Shown: positions 9,374-20,035, numbered from the stretch's first letter. The stretch is 64,000 bases of DNA from an uncultured Chloroflexia bacterium (GCA_963713975.1 OY970218.1:2048001-2112000), one strand, 5' to 3'. The notes: generated from the sequence alone by a model not told the origin. A program made the numbers and translations.

Positions 9374-10600
9374 TCACACGGCCTGGCGGACGCCCCGCCC
9401 GAGACGCCGCGGTGAGAGCCGAAGGCAGGCGCCGGTGAGCAGCACGGCCACGAGCACCAGCAGCCACAGGCTCGCGGTGAAGTTGCCGGTGACGTCGCGC
9501 GCGGCCCCCAGGACGAACGGTCCGACGGATGCGATCCCGTAGCCGCCGAGGAACATGAGCGCGGCCACGGAGCCCACGCTCGCCGGACCCTCGGCGACAT
9601 CGAGCGGCAGCGTGAGCACGAGCGGGAAGATGATATTGAGCGCCAGTCCCAGCACGATCACGGCCGGATAGGCCAGCGCCGGCGCGAGGATGAGCACAGC
9701 CAGTGCGGTGGCGGCCACGATCGACGCCGTGGCGAGGATCGGCCGGCGATTGGGGAAGCGGTCCGCGACGAGCGGCACCGTCAGCACCGTGACCAGGCCG
9801 GCTGCATTGAGCAGTGCCACCAGGGCCCCTGCCGCCGCGGGTGTCCAGCCCTGTTCCACGAACGCGCTCGGGAGCCACGACACGACACCGTAGAACAGGA
9901 CCGACTGGAGGCCGAAGATGATGGCCAGCAGCCATGCGGTCCGGCTGCGCCACGGCAAGGGCCGCCGTCCGCCCGCGGCACGCACCTCGTGGTGGTCCCG
10001 GGGAACGAGGAGCAGCCAGGCAACGATCGTCAGGGACGATGCCAGCGACAGGATCAGGAGGCTGACCCGCCAGTCGCCGCCGAACGCCAGCGGAACCGCG
10101 AGCGCGGCCGCGATCGTCGATCCGGCAGCTAGCCCGGCCGCGTAGGCGCCCGTCCCGAGGGCGGGCCGGGACGGCAGGCGCTGGGCCACGACCATCGACG
10201 GGATGGCGCCGGCGATCCCGATCGCGACGCCGATCCCGAACGTGGCGAGCAGGATCAGCGGGTACACGGGCGCCGCTGCCCGCAGGACGCCGAAGGCGGC
10301 GACGCCCGCCAGGCAGGCTGCGAGCGCCCAGCGCGGTCCGATCCGGGCGGCGACGCGCGGCCCGAACGGCGCGAAGATGCCCATGCACAGGATCGGAATG
10401 GTGGCCATCAGCCCCGCGACGCTTCCGGGCAGCCCGAGGTCCTCGCGGATGAACGGGAGTAGCGGTCCGATGCCGATCAGCTGCGGCCGCAGTGCCAGCG
10501 AGGCGATGAACAGCGCGGCGACAACGGCCAGCGAGACGTTGCCGGCGACGGGCGGGGTGGCGATGGACGCGCCGGTGCTGGGAGGACGGGGCTGGGTCAT
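9374..10600 (-). CDS. MFS transporter, CynX/NimT-like
   Basis: ALRPQLIGIGPLLP, FGLQSVLFYGVVSWLP, GGY.IASVGP; 12-TM pattern. Confidence 0.88.
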   Translation of the reverse strand: MTQPRPPSTGASIATPPVAGNVSLAVVAALFIASLALRPQLIGIGPLLPFIREDLGLPGSVAGLMATIPILCMGIFAPFGPRVAARIGPRWALAACLAGVAAFGVLRAAAPVYPLILLATFGIGVAIGIAGAIPSMVVAQRLPSRPALGTGAYAAGLAAGSTIAAALAVPLAFGGDWRVSLLILSLASSLTIVAWLLLVPRDHHEVRAAGGRRPLPWRSRTAWLLAIIFGLQSVLFYGVVSWLPSAFVEQGWTPAAAGALVALLNAAGLVTVLTVPLVADRFPNRRPILATASIVAATALAVLILAPALAYPAVIVLGLALNIIFPLVLTLPLDVAEGPASVGSVAALMFLGGYGIASVGPFVLGAARDVTGNFTASLWLLVLVAVLLTGACLRLSPRRLGRGVRQAV

Positions 10601-10651
10601 GTGCCGAGAGTAGGGGAGGAGTGGGCGCCCCGCGGGGCTCTCGCGTGCAGC

Positions 10652-11950
10652 TCAGCCCCCCGGCTCGACGAAGGTCGTGCGGCCGTCGAGGTACCTGACA
10701 CCCACCGGCGTGGCGCCTTCCATGTAGACCCGGCCCAGGCGCGGCGTGAAGGCGTCGAGTACCTCCCACGAGATGGAGCCCCGCAGCTCCGCCAGGTCGT
10801 GGACGGTCATCGCCCCCCCGTCGCCGCTGAGCATGACGATCTCGTCCCAGGAATCGAACCCGGGGACGTCCGTCACGTCGAGCGCGAGGGCGTCGCTGCT
10901 GATCCGGCCGATCACGGGGACCCGGTGGCCCCGGACCACGCCCCAGCTGCCGGCGGCGTAGGCCCGGGCCCAGCCGTCGGCGTAGCCGAGCGCGACAGTC
11001 ACGATCACGCTGGGCCGGGTCGCGGTCCACGTGCCCCCGTAGCCCACCGAGGCGCCGGCGGGGATCGCCGAAAGCGTCGTGGCCCGCACGCGGATTGCCA
11101 GCGCCGGCCGGAGGTCCGCGACGTGTTCTTCGTGACCCGCGGGCAGCATGACCTCGGGCGGCACCACGCCGTAGAACCCGAGGCCGATGCGCACCAGGTC
11201 ATACGACGGGGCCGTGCCGCCCAGCAGTCCGCCCGTGGCGTCGAGATGCCGGAGCCCGGGCTCGATGCCGGCGCCACGCAAGGCGGCGAGCGCCGCCTCG
11301 AAGTGCTCCACCTGGGCGGCGGTCGCGACCGGATCCTCCGGCGTGGCGAGGTGGGACCAGGTGCCCGCCAGCCCGTCGAGCCCCGCGTCCAGCAGGGCCC
11401 TCGCAGCGTCCGCGACGCGATCGACAGCGAGGCCTCCCCGGCCCATGCCGGTGTCGACCCCGAGGTGGATCCTCGGGCCGGGCCCTCCGGATCGCGCCAG
11501 TGAACCGGCGGGGTCTGCCGTGCCGCGCACGTGGGCGGCCAGAGCGGTGACCGACCCATCATCGGCCGCGACCAGGTCGAGATCGGCGTCCACCGCCGCG
11601 TCGAGCATGGCCGGGGGCACGCTGTAGAGGACCAGGATCCGGCTGCGGACCCCGGCATCCCGAAGCGCGAGGGCCTCGTCCAGGGTTGCTACCAGGAGCA
11701 TGTCCGCCCCGCCCCGGACCGCAGCCAGGGCGGCCGCGAGGAGGCCGTGGCCATACCCGTCCGCCTTGACCACGACACCCATGAGCGTCCCGGGCGGTAG
11801 CAGCGTCCGGAGCCGACGAGCGTTCGCGGCCAGGACCGCGGTGTCCACCTCCATCCAGGCGAGCCGTGGAAGCCCCGGCAGGCCCGCCCCGGCCAGGCGC
11901 GTCTCCATGGCGGCGGATGGCATCGCGGTCGGCTCGAGCTCGGTGGACAT
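10652..11950 (-). CDS. alr: Alanine racemase
   Basis: PLP-lysine motif VVKADGYGHG, DTGMGR, SHLA, VGYG, GYADG, GRISSD. Confidence 0.9.
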   Translation of the reverse strand: MSTELEPTAMPSAAMETRLAGAGLPGLPRLAWMEVDTAVLAANARRLRTLLPPGTLMGVVVKADGYGHGLLAAALAAVRGGADMLLVATLDEALALRDAGVRSRILVLYSVPPAMLDAAVDADLDLVAADDGSVTALAAHVRGTADPAGSLARSGGPGPRIHLGVDTGMGRGGLAVDRVADAARALLDAGLDGLAGTWSHLATPEDPVATAAQVEHFEAALAALRGAGIEPGLRHLDATGGLLGGTAPSYDLVRIGLGFYGVVPPEVMLPAGHEEHVADLRPALAIRVRATTLSAIPAGASVGYGGTWTATRPSVIVTVALGYADGWARAYAAGSWGVVRGHRVPVIGRISSDALALDVTDVPGFDSWDEIVMLSGDGGAMTVHDLAELRGSISWEVLDAFTPRLGRVYMEGATPVGVRYLDGRTTFVEPGG

Positions 11951-11988
11951 CGACGACGTGAACCTCCGGGGCGGCGGCTGGGGTCCGA

Positions 11989-12027
11989 TAGAGAAGGTTT
12001 ACTTTCGCGGTAGATAACGTTTACTAT
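11989..12027 (+). promoter_or_regulatory. Tandem LacI-type operators overlapping a sigma70-like promoter
   Basis: TAGAGAAGGTTTACTT (11989-12004) and TAGATAACGTTTACTA (12011-12026); TTTACT-N18-TACTAT promoter; LacI gene in the downstream operon. Confidence 0.7.
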
Positions 12028-12061
12028 GCGGCATCGCACGCCGAATTGGAAGGAGTCAGCC

Positions 12062-13675
12062 TTGGCCATCGAACCCGCGGATGTCCTGATCGTCGGCGCC
12101 GGCGCCTCGGGTGGCGTGGTGGCGCTGCGGCTCGCCCAGGCGGGGTTCCGCGTGGTCTGCCTGGAGCAGGGTGACTGGCACGACAAGGCGGACTACCGGG
12201 GCGCGGAGCTGGACTGGGAGCTGACCATGCGCAAGCAGTGGTCCACGAGCCCCAACGTCCGCGGCCTGCCCGAGGACTACCCGATCGACGAGCGCAATGC
12301 GGAGGTGTCGCCGTTGATGTTCTCGGGTGTCGGCGGCTCCATGCTCATCTTCGCGGGCGCCTGGCCGCGCCTGCTGCCGTCCGACTTCCGGGTCCGCTCG
12401 CTGGATGGGGTCGCGGACGACTGGCCGCTGGACTACGAGGAGTTGCGCCCGTACTACGAGCGGACGGACCGGCAGATGGGCGTCTCGGGCATGGGGGGCG
12501 ACCCCGCCTACCCCGCCGGTGGCGAGGATCCGCCCCTGCCGCCCCTGCCCCTGGGGGCCGGCGGCCTCAAGGTCGCCCGTGCCCATACCCGCCTGGGCTG
12601 GCACTGGTGGCCGGAGCCCAACTCCATCCTCTCGGTCCCGTACGACGACCGGCGCCCGTGTGTCCAGCGGGGAACCTGCCAGCAGGGCTGTAACGAGGGC
12701 GCGAAGGCCTCCACCGACCTGACCCACTGGCCCAAGGCCATCGCGCTCGGGGCACGCCTCGTGACCGGTGCCCGGGTCCGACGCCTGGAGACGGATGCCG
12801 CCGGCCTCGTGACCGGCGCCACCTGGCTGGACCGCGACGGCGCCGAGCACTTCGAGCCCGCCAGGGTCACCGTGCTCGCGGCGAATGCCATCGGGACGGC
12901 CCGGCTCCTGCTGCTGTCCGACGCGGCGGCCCACCGGGGCGGCCTCGCCAATTCGTCCGGCCTCGTCGGCAAGCGTCTGATGATGCATCCGTTCGCGAAC
13001 GTCGGCGGCCTGTTCGACGAGGACCTCGAGAGCTGGCAGGGCCAGTTCGGGTGCTCGATCGAATCGTTCGAGTTCTACGAGACGGACGAGCGGCGAGGCT
13101 TCGTCCGCGGCGCGAAGTGGGGGCTCGCACCGACGTTCGGGCCGATCAACGCTGCCCTGCCCAGCCGGGCCGGGACGCAGGTCTGGGGACCCGACCACCA
13201 CCTCCACGTCCGCTCCCACCTCGGGCGGGGCGCCAATTGGGGCCTGTTCGGCGAGGACCTCCCCGACGAGGCGAACCGCGTCACGCTGTCCAGGACGCTC
13301 ACGGACTCCTCGGGCATCCCGGCCCCGGAGGTCACCTACCGGGTCTCCGAGAACTCGCGGCGGCTGCTGGACTTCCACATCGAGAAGGCCACCGAGTCGC
13401 TGCTCGCGGCCGGCGCCTATACCGTCGAGGTGGACCGGCTGATGCGCTATTCCGGCTGGCACCTGTTGGGCACCGCTCGCATGGGCGACGACCCGGAGAC
13501 TTCCGTCCTCGATCGCTGGAACCGCGCCCACGATGTCCCGAACCTCTACGTCGTGGACGGAAGCTCGTTCGTAACCTCGGGTGGCGTCAACCCGACCTCG
13601 TCGATCTCCGCGCTCGCCCTGCGCGCGGCGGACCACATGGTGGAGACGCGCTTCAACCAGCGGATGCCGTCATGA
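12062..13675 (+). CDS. GMC family FAD oxidoreductase
   Basis: VGAGASG, GVGGS, Cys cluster CVQRGTCQQGC, HLLGTARMG, NPT; TTG start after AAGGAG. Confidence 0.92.
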   Translation: MAIEPADVLIVGAGASGGVVALRLAQAGFRVVCLEQGDWHDKADYRGAELDWELTMRKQWSTSPNVRGLPEDYPIDERNAEVSPLMFSGVGGSMLIFAGAWPRLLPSDFRVRSLDGVADDWPLDYEELRPYYERTDRQMGVSGMGGDPAYPAGGEDPPLPPLPLGAGGLKVARAHTRLGWHWWPEPNSILSVPYDDRRPCVQRGTCQQGCNEGAKASTDLTHWPKAIALGARLVTGARVRRLETDAAGLVTGATWLDRDGAEHFEPARVTVLAANAIGTARLLLLSDAAAHRGGLANSSGLVGKRLMMHPFANVGGLFDEDLESWQGQFGCSIESFEFYETDERRGFVRGAKWGLAPTFGPINAALPSRAGTQVWGPDHHLHVRSHLGRGANWGLFGEDLPDEANRVTLSRTLTDSSGIPAPEVTYRVSENSRRLLDFHIEKATESLLAAGAYTVEVDRLMRYSGWHLLGTARMGDDPETSVLDRWNRAHDVPNLYVVDGSSFVTSGGVNPTSSISALALRAADHMVETRFNQRMPS

Positions 13676-14154
13676 GCACGCCCCCGCTGGACGCCGACCG
13701 GATCGCAGTGCTGGGCTCCATCGCCGGACGGCTGATCCCCGAGGCCCACGGCATGCCGTCCGCGGGCGAGGTCGTGGGCGAGGCGCGCCTGCGGTTCGTG
13801 CTCGGATCCCGCCCGGACCTGGCCGCCCCGCTGCGCGAGGCGCTCCGGCCGGAGCTCGGCCCCGATCCTGCCGCCCGGCTGACCGTCCTCGAGCGCGACG
13901 AGCCTGACCATCACGCCGCGCTGGTGTCCGTCATCGTGTTCGGCTACTACACCGACAAGCGTGTCCGGGAGCTGCTGGGCTACCCCGGACAGGAGGCCAG
14001 GACCCTGTACTCGTGGAAGGTCCCGGACTTCATCGAGGAGGGCCTCACAGACCAGGTGCTGGCCCGCGGACCCGTGTGGCGGGACCCCGCCACGGGCCGG
14101 CGCGCCACCACGGACACCGGCACCGCGTTCGCGGCCGGCGAGGAGACGACATGA
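13672..14154 (+). CDS. Gluconate 2-dehydrogenase subunit 3-like GMC partner protein
   Basis: LIPEAHGMPSA...GYYTDKRVRELLGYPGQ; ATGA overlaps at both ends. Confidence 0.75.
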   Translation: MSTPPLDADRIAVLGSIAGRLIPEAHGMPSAGEVVGEARLRFVLGSRPDLAAPLREALRPELGPDPAARLTVLERDEPDHHAALVSVIVFGYYTDKRVRELLGYPGQEARTLYSWKVPDFIEEGLTDQVLARGPVWRDPATGRRATTDTGTAFAAGEETT

Positions 14155-15617
14155 CCGCAACCCCCATCGCAGCCGACTGGCTGGCGCGCTTCCTGGCCGA
14201 CTGGGTCCCCGGCACCGGCGAGGATCGCGAGATCCGCGAGCCCGCCACCGGGCTGCCATTGTTGACGGTCCCCCAGGCCACGCCGCAGGACGTCGCCCGT
14301 GCGGCCGCCGCGGCGGCCGCCGCCCAGCCGGCCTGGGCGGCCACCAGCTACGTGGAGCGGGCGAGGATCCTGCGACGCGCGGCGGACATCTACGAGGCGC
14401 ACCGCGAGGAGTTCGGCACCTGGACCCAGCGGGAGACCGGCGCGGTCCACGGCAAGATGCACCACGAGCAGAACTTCACCATCGCCGAGCTCCTCAACGC
14501 CTCGACCATGCCGTCCCAGCCCTACGGCTCCCTGGTGCCGTCCGTGCAGCCGGGACGGCTGTCGATGGTGCGACGCGTGCCCGTCGGCGTCGTCGGCGCC
14601 ATCACGCCCTGGAACTCGCCCAGCGTGCTAGCGATGCGCGTGATCGCCCCCGCGCTTGCCCTCGGCAACGCCGTCGTCATCAAGCCCGACCCCCAGACGC
14701 CCGTGTGTGGTGGCGCGGTGTTCGCCGCGGTGTTTGCAGAGGCGGGCCTGCCGGAGGGGCTGCTCCAGGTCGTCGTCGGCGGCGCCGAGACCGGGGAGGC
14801 GATCGTCACCGACCCCAACGTAAACGTGGTCTCCTTCACCGGCTCCACTGCCGCGGGTCGCCGGGTTGGGGAGCTGGCGGGACGCCTGCTCAAGAAGGTC
14901 TCGCTTGAGCTCGGCGGCAACAACGCGTTCGTCGTGCTCGAGGACGCCGATCTGGACGCGGCCGCGTCCGCCGGCGCCTACGCCTCGTTCCAGTTCCAGG
15001 GCCAGGTCTGCTTTGCCGCCGGTCGCCACATCGTCCACCGCAGCGTGGCCGCGGACTACGTGGCGGCGCTGGCCGAGAAGGCGCGGCGTCTCCGGACGGG
15101 CGACCCATACCGTCAGGACGTGGACCTAGGCCCGATCGTCAACGAGAAGCAGCTCGCCCGCGTGGATGACATCGTGCGCCGGTCCATCGAGGGCGGCGCC
15201 AGGCTGGTCGAGGGCGGCACCCATGACGGCCTGTTCTACCGCCCGACCGTCCTCGCCGACGTGACGACCGATCTCGCGGCCTGGACCGACGAGGTCTTCG
15301 GGCCGGTGGCCCCGGTCGTCACCTTCGGGACCGACGAGGAGGCGCTTGCCCTGGCCAACGACAGCGAGTACGGGCTCGCCGGGGCGGTCTACACACGGTC
15401 GATCTCGCGAGGCCTCGCGCTCGCCCAGCAGATCCGCAGCGGCATGGTCCACGTCAACGACCAGACCGTGAACGACGAGGCGGTCATCCCGTTCGGCGGG
15501 ATGGGGGCCTCGGGCAACGGCAGCCGGTTCGGCGGGGCGGCGAACTGGGACGAGTTCACGCAGTGGCAGTGGGTCACGGTGCGGGACGAGCCCAAGTCGT
15601 TCCCGTTCCCGTACTGA
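14151..15617 (+). CDS. Aldehyde dehydrogenase (benzaldehyde dehydrogenase-like)
   Basis: ITPWN, FTGSTAAG, LELGGN, FQGQVC, EVFGP, PFGG. Confidence 0.92.
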   Translation: MTATPIAADWLARFLADWVPGTGEDREIREPATGLPLLTVPQATPQDVARAAAAAAAAQPAWAATSYVERARILRRAADIYEAHREEFGTWTQRETGAVHGKMHHEQNFTIAELLNASTMPSQPYGSLVPSVQPGRLSMVRRVPVGVVGAITPWNSPSVLAMRVIAPALALGNAVVIKPDPQTPVCGGAVFAAVFAEAGLPEGLLQVVVGGAETGEAIVTDPNVNVVSFTGSTAAGRRVGELAGRLLKKVSLELGGNNAFVVLEDADLDAAASAGAYASFQFQGQVCFAAGRHIVHRSVAADYVAALAEKARRLRTGDPYRQDVDLGPIVNEKQLARVDDIVRRSIEGGARLVEGGTHDGLFYRPTVLADVTTDLAAWTDEVFGPVAPVVTFGTDEEALALANDSEYGLAGAVYTRSISRGLALAQQIRSGMVHVNDQTVNDEAVIPFGGMGASGNGSRFGGAANWDEFTQWQWVTVRDEPKSFPFPY

Positions 15618-15627
15618 GCGCAACGGC

Positions 15628-16716
15628 GTGTCGTCCATCACCGAGGTGGCCAGGCTGGCCGGCGTGTCCACGGCCACCGCGTCCCGTGTCGTGTCGGAGT
15701 CTGACTATCCGGTCAGCGCCCGGACGCGGGAGCGCGTGCTCGAGGCGGCCCGGATCCTGGACTATGTGCCCAACGCCCTCGCCCGGGGGCTGCTCACCCG
15801 CCGCGTTCCCGTGGTCGGCGTGATCGTCCACGACATCACCGACCCGTACTTCGCGGAGGTGGTCCGGGGCGTGGAGGACGCGGCGTCGCCGGCCGGCTAC
15901 CTCGTGATCACCTGCAGCTCGGATCGGGACCCGGGACGAGAGCGCTCGTATGTCCGTTTGCTGCGCTCGATGCGCGCCGCGGCCGTCATCTTCGCGGGCA
16001 GCGGCCTGGACGACCCGGACCTCAACGAGGAGATGGGCAGGCACATCGCCGCGATGACGGCGGACGGAGCGGCCGTGATCCACCTCTCGCCCCATGCCCA
16101 CGGCGAGCCCGAGGTGAGCGTGGACAACGCGGCCGGGATCGCCTCGATGGTGGCGGCGCTGGTCGCCCTCGGCCATCGACGGATCGCGTTCCTCGAGGGT
16201 CCGTCGACCCTGTTCGTCGCCCGTCGTCGCCTCGAGGGGTACCGGCGCGGCCTTGCCGACGCGGGGATCGGCTTCGACGAGCGGCTGGTCGTGAGCACGG
16301 GCTTCGACCGCGAGGCCGGTGCCGCCGGCGTGGACGCGCTCCTCGCAGGGGACGCGTCGTTCACCGCAATCTGCTGCGCCAACGACCTGCTGGCGCTCGG
16401 CGCGCTGGGACGCCTCGGCGAACTGGAGGTCGAGGTCCCGCGTGACATCTCGGTGGCCGGCTTCGACGACATCTCGACCGCGGCCCTGACCGCGCCCAGC
16501 CTCTCCACGGTCCACCTGCCCCTGCGCGAGATGGGCCGGCGCGGGTTCGAACAGGCCGACCGCCTGCTGAGCGGCGGACAGGCAGAACAGGAGCTGATGA
16601 CGACCGAGCTCGTGATGCGGGACTCGACGGGAGCCCCGCCCGCGATCGCCCTGCCCGACCAGTTGCGGGCCGCCGCAGCACCCACCACCACGATCGACAC
16701 GGGAGGACCCGCATGA
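15628..16716 (+). CDS. LacI family transcriptional regulator
   Basis: SITEVARLAGVSTATASRV HTH, YVPNALARGL, VAGFDD. Confidence 0.95.
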   Translation: MSSITEVARLAGVSTATASRVVSESDYPVSARTRERVLEAARILDYVPNALARGLLTRRVPVVGVIVHDITDPYFAEVVRGVEDAASPAGYLVITCSSDRDPGRERSYVRLLRSMRAAAVIFAGSGLDDPDLNEEMGRHIAAMTADGAAVIHLSPHAHGEPEVSVDNAAGIASMVAALVALGHRRIAFLEGPSTLFVARRRLEGYRRGLADAGIGFDERLVVSTGFDREAGAAGVDALLAGDASFTAICCANDLLALGALGRLGELEVEVPRDISVAGFDDISTAALTAPSLSTVHLPLREMGRRGFEQADRLLSGGQAEQELMTTELVMRDSTGAPPAIALPDQLRAAAAPTTTIDTGGPA

Positions 16717-17627
16717 GCCTCAACCTCCGGGGAATCGTCCCGGCCTGCGTCGTCACGTTCGATGCCGACGGCAAGTTCGACGAGCCCGCCTACCGGCGCT
16801 ACCTCCAATGGCTCCTGCCGCAGGGCCCGGTCGCGCTCGCCATCAACGCCGACACCGGCGAGGGCCCGCACCTGTGGCCCGAGGAGCGAGAGCGCGTCCT
16901 GCGGGTCGCCGTGGACGAGGCCGGGGACGTGCCCGTGGTCGCGGGCCTGTCGGCCTCGTTCACCGCCCAGGCCGTGGACGAGGCGAAACGGGCCGAGGCG
17001 GCGGGCGCCGCGGGGCTACTCGTGTTCCCGATCCCGGCCTACCAGGGCACGCCGCTCGACCCGGCGCTGCCGGTGGCCTACCACGAGGCGATCGCGCGCG
17101 GCTGCGGCCTGCCGCTGATCGCGTTCCAGCTCCAGCCCGCGCTGGGCGGCGTGATCTTCAGCGAGGAGACACTGACCCGGATCGCCGCCATCGACAGCGT
17201 CGTGGCGCTCAAGGAGGCGTCCTTCGACGCCCGGCTCTATCTCGCCACGCGGCGCATGATCGAGCGCCTGGAGCGGCCGATCGACCTGCTCACGGGCGAC
17301 GACAACTTCATCTACGAGTCGTTCCTGATGGGCGCCGAGGGAGCCCTCATCGGCTTCGGGACGCTGGCCACGGATCTCCAGGTGGAGATGTACGGGCTCA
17401 CCCGAGAGGGCCGCTGGGACGAGGCGCGGGCCATCTGGGAGCGGATCCTGCCGCTCGAGGAGGCCGTCTACGGGCAGCCGGTACGCGACTATCGCGCCCG
17501 GACCAAGGTCGCGCTCCGGCACCTGGGCGTGATCGAGAGCACCGTCATGCGGCCGCCGCTCCTGCCGGTCTCAGCGGCGGCCGAGGACGCGGTCGTCGCG
17601 GCGCTGGTCGCGGCGGGCCTCGCCTGA
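16713..17627 (+). CDS. DHDPS/NAL family aldolase or dehydratase
   Basis: NADTGEG (variant of GTTGE), Schiff-base LKEAS, LTGDD, MRPPL. Confidence 0.88.
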   Translation: MSLNLRGIVPACVVTFDADGKFDEPAYRRYLQWLLPQGPVALAINADTGEGPHLWPEERERVLRVAVDEAGDVPVVAGLSASFTAQAVDEAKRAEAAGAAGLLVFPIPAYQGTPLDPALPVAYHEAIARGCGLPLIAFQLQPALGGVIFSEETLTRIAAIDSVVALKEASFDARLYLATRRMIERLERPIDLLTGDDNFIYESFLMGAEGALIGFGTLATDLQVEMYGLTREGRWDEARAIWERILPLEEAVYGQPVRDYRARTKVALRHLGVIESTVMRPPLLPVSAAAEDAVVAALVAAGLA

Positions 17628-18439
17628 TGGGACAGGATCCGGCGCGCGGGAGCGGGGCACGGGCCGGTGGCGTGGTCCCTGCCGGTGGTGCGGCCCTCGC
17701 CGGACGGGTCGTGCTCGTCACCGGCAGCAGCCGCGGCATCGGTGCGGAGGTCGCCGTCAAGGCCGCCTCCGAGGGCGCGACCGTCGCCGTGCACTACCTG
17801 ACCTCGGCTTCCGGTGCCGAGCGCACCCTGGAGCGGGTTCGGGCAGCCGGGACGGACGGCGGGACCTTCCTCGCGGACCTCGGCGACGGCACACAGGCCG
17901 AGGAGCTGGTCGCGCGGGTGATCGAGCGCTTCGGGCGCTTGGACGCCCTGGTCAACAACGCCGGGCGGACCCTCGTCGGGCCGTTCCTCGAGATGGAGGC
18001 CGCCGCCTGGGACGAGGTCATCCGGACCGACCTGACGGCCGCCTTCCATACCTGCCGCGCCGTGCTGCCCTCGATGGTCGAGCGCGGGGACGGGACGATC
18101 GTCAACATCGCGTCCCGGCTCGGCCAGGTCGGCGTTGCCGAGACGGCCGCCTACAGCGCGGCCAAGGCGGGGCTGATCGGCCTGACCCGGGCCCTCGCCC
18201 GGGAGTTCGGACCGCGGGGGATCCGCGTCAACGCGGTCGCGCCGGGCATGACGCTCACGGAGATGACCACCGACCTCGCCGACAGCGAGGAGGGGAGCCG
18301 CCGCCTGCGGGACATGCCGCTGGGCAGGTTCGGGCGGGCGGAGGAGGTGGCCGACGCCGTCGTCTTCCTGCTCACCGACGCGTCGAGCCTGTTCCTGGGC
18401 CAGACGCTCAATCCCAACGGCGGGGGGTACATGGCGTGA
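17627..18439 (+). CDS. Short-chain dehydrogenase/reductase (FabG-like)
   Basis: TGSSRGIG, NNAG, YSAAK, VNAVAPG. Confidence 0.92.
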   Translation: MGQDPARGSGARAGGVVPAGGAALAGRVVLVTGSSRGIGAEVAVKAASEGATVAVHYLTSASGAERTLERVRAAGTDGGTFLADLGDGTQAEELVARVIERFGRLDALVNNAGRTLVGPFLEMEAAAWDEVIRTDLTAAFHTCRAVLPSMVERGDGTIVNIASRLGQVGVAETAAYSAAKAGLIGLTRALAREFGPRGIRVNAVAPGMTLTEMTTDLADSEEGSRRLRDMPLGRFGRAEEVADAVVFLLTDASSLFLGQTLNPNGGGYMA

Positions 18440-20007
18440 GCAAGGTGATCGACGTCCGCGAGGCCGTGGACCTCGTGCGCGACGGGGCGACGGTGGTCGT
18501 CGGCGGCTCCGGAGCGGGGCACGCGCTGCCGCAGCGGTTCATCGACGAGCTGGAAGCCGTGTTCACGGCCGAGGGCCGGCCGCGCGACCTGACCACGGTT
18601 CGCGTGGTGGGCATCGGCGACTTCGCCGATCGCGGGTTCTCGCAGCTGGGCCTGCCCGGGCTCATGCGCCGGACCATCGGCAGCAACATCGGCAACGAGC
18701 CGCGGCTGGGTGCCCTGGTCGAGGCGAACCAGCTGGAGTCGTACTCGTTCCCACAGGGGGTCCTCTCCCAGCTGATGCGCGAGATCGCGGCGGGGAGGCC
18801 CGGTCTCGTGACGTCGGTCGGCCTCGGGACCTACGTGGATCCTCGCCAGACCGGGGGCAAACAGAACGCCGTCACCACCGAGGACCTCGTGGAGGTCGTG
18901 ACCCTGCGGGACCGCGAGTGGCTGCTGTTCCATGCCTTTCCCATCGACGTCGCCGTCATCCGGGGGACCACCGCGGACGAGGACGGCAACATCACGATGG
19001 AGGGCGAGGCCGTCCAGGGCGAGATGCTGGCGATGGCGATGGCGGCTCGCAACAGCGGCGGGATCGTGATCGCCCAGGTCAAGCGGCTGGCCCGCCGGGG
19101 CAGCCTGTCGCTGCGCGACGTCAAGGTGCCGGCGGCGCTCGTGGACCACGTCTACGTGGACCCGGACCAGTGGCAGACGTACATCACGCAGGACTCGCCC
19201 TACTACTCGGGCGCCGTTCGCCGGCCGGTGACGAGCGAGCCGCCGCTACCGCTCGACGTGCGCAAGATCATCGCGCGGCGCTCGCTCCTGGAGTTCCGGC
19301 CGGGGGCCATCTGCAACCTGGGCTTCGGCATCAGCCAGCTGATCGGGCGCGTGGCCTGGGAGGAGGGGATCACCGATGCGCTGGTCCTCACCGTGGAGCA
19401 GGGCATCTTCGGCGGCGTCCCCGTGGCCGGCAACGAGGGCGGGGCCGGCTTCAACTACCAGGCGATGATCGACCAGCCCGACATGTTCGGGTTCTACGAC
19501 GGCGGCGGGCTGGACGTGGCCAGCCTGTCCTTCGCCGAGGTGGACGCCGAGGGCAACGTCAACGTCCATGCGTTTGAGGGTCGCGTCCGCGGCCCGGGCG
19601 GCTTCCCGAACATCAGCGCCCGGACGGGCAAGATCAACTTCGTCGGGACCCTGACGGCGCAGGGCCTGGAGCTCGCGATCGACGGCGACGGCGTGCGGGT
19701 CGTGCGGGAGGGGAGCCTGCCCAAGTTCGTCCCGGCCGTGCGTGAGGTCTCGTTCAGCGGGCACCTTGCGCGCCAGCGCGGCCAGGAGGTGCGCTACATC
19801 ACCGACCGCGCCGTGTTCGCCCTGGCCGACGACGGCCTGGTCCTGACCGAGGTCGCGCCCGGCATCGACGTGGATCGCGACGTGCTGGGGCAGATGGCCT
19901 TCCGGCCCCGGGTCGCCGGCGACCTCCGGCTGATGGACCGGCGGCTGTACGTGACGGGGCCGATGGGCCTGGCGGCCGACTTTGCCGCGGGCGGGTCCGG
20001 CTCGTGA
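18436..20007 (+). CDS. Acyl-CoA:acetate/propionate CoA-transferase (YdiF/Pct-like)
   Basis: PQGVL, VGLGTYVDPR, RGTTADEDGN, NLGFGI, TVEQG, GPGGFPNIS. Confidence 0.9.
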   Translation: MSKVIDVREAVDLVRDGATVVVGGSGAGHALPQRFIDELEAVFTAEGRPRDLTTVRVVGIGDFADRGFSQLGLPGLMRRTIGSNIGNEPRLGALVEANQLESYSFPQGVLSQLMREIAAGRPGLVTSVGLGTYVDPRQTGGKQNAVTTEDLVEVVTLRDREWLLFHAFPIDVAVIRGTTADEDGNITMEGEAVQGEMLAMAMAARNSGGIVIAQVKRLARRGSLSLRDVKVPAALVDHVYVDPDQWQTYITQDSPYYSGAVRRPVTSEPPLPLDVRKIIARRSLLEFRPGAICNLGFGISQLIGRVAWEEGITDALVLTVEQGIFGGVPVAGNEGGAGFNYQAMIDQPDMFGFYDGGGLDVASLSFAEVDAEGNVNVHAFEGRVRGPGGFPNISARTGKINFVGTLTAQGLELAIDGDGVRVVREGSLPKFVPAVREVSFSGHLARQRGQEVRYITDRAVFALADDGLVLTEVAPGIDVDRDVLGQMAFRPRVAGDLRLMDRRLYVTGPMGLAADFAAGGSGS

Positions 20008-20035
20008 GCGGCCCCGGCAGCCCGGAGCCCGCCCG

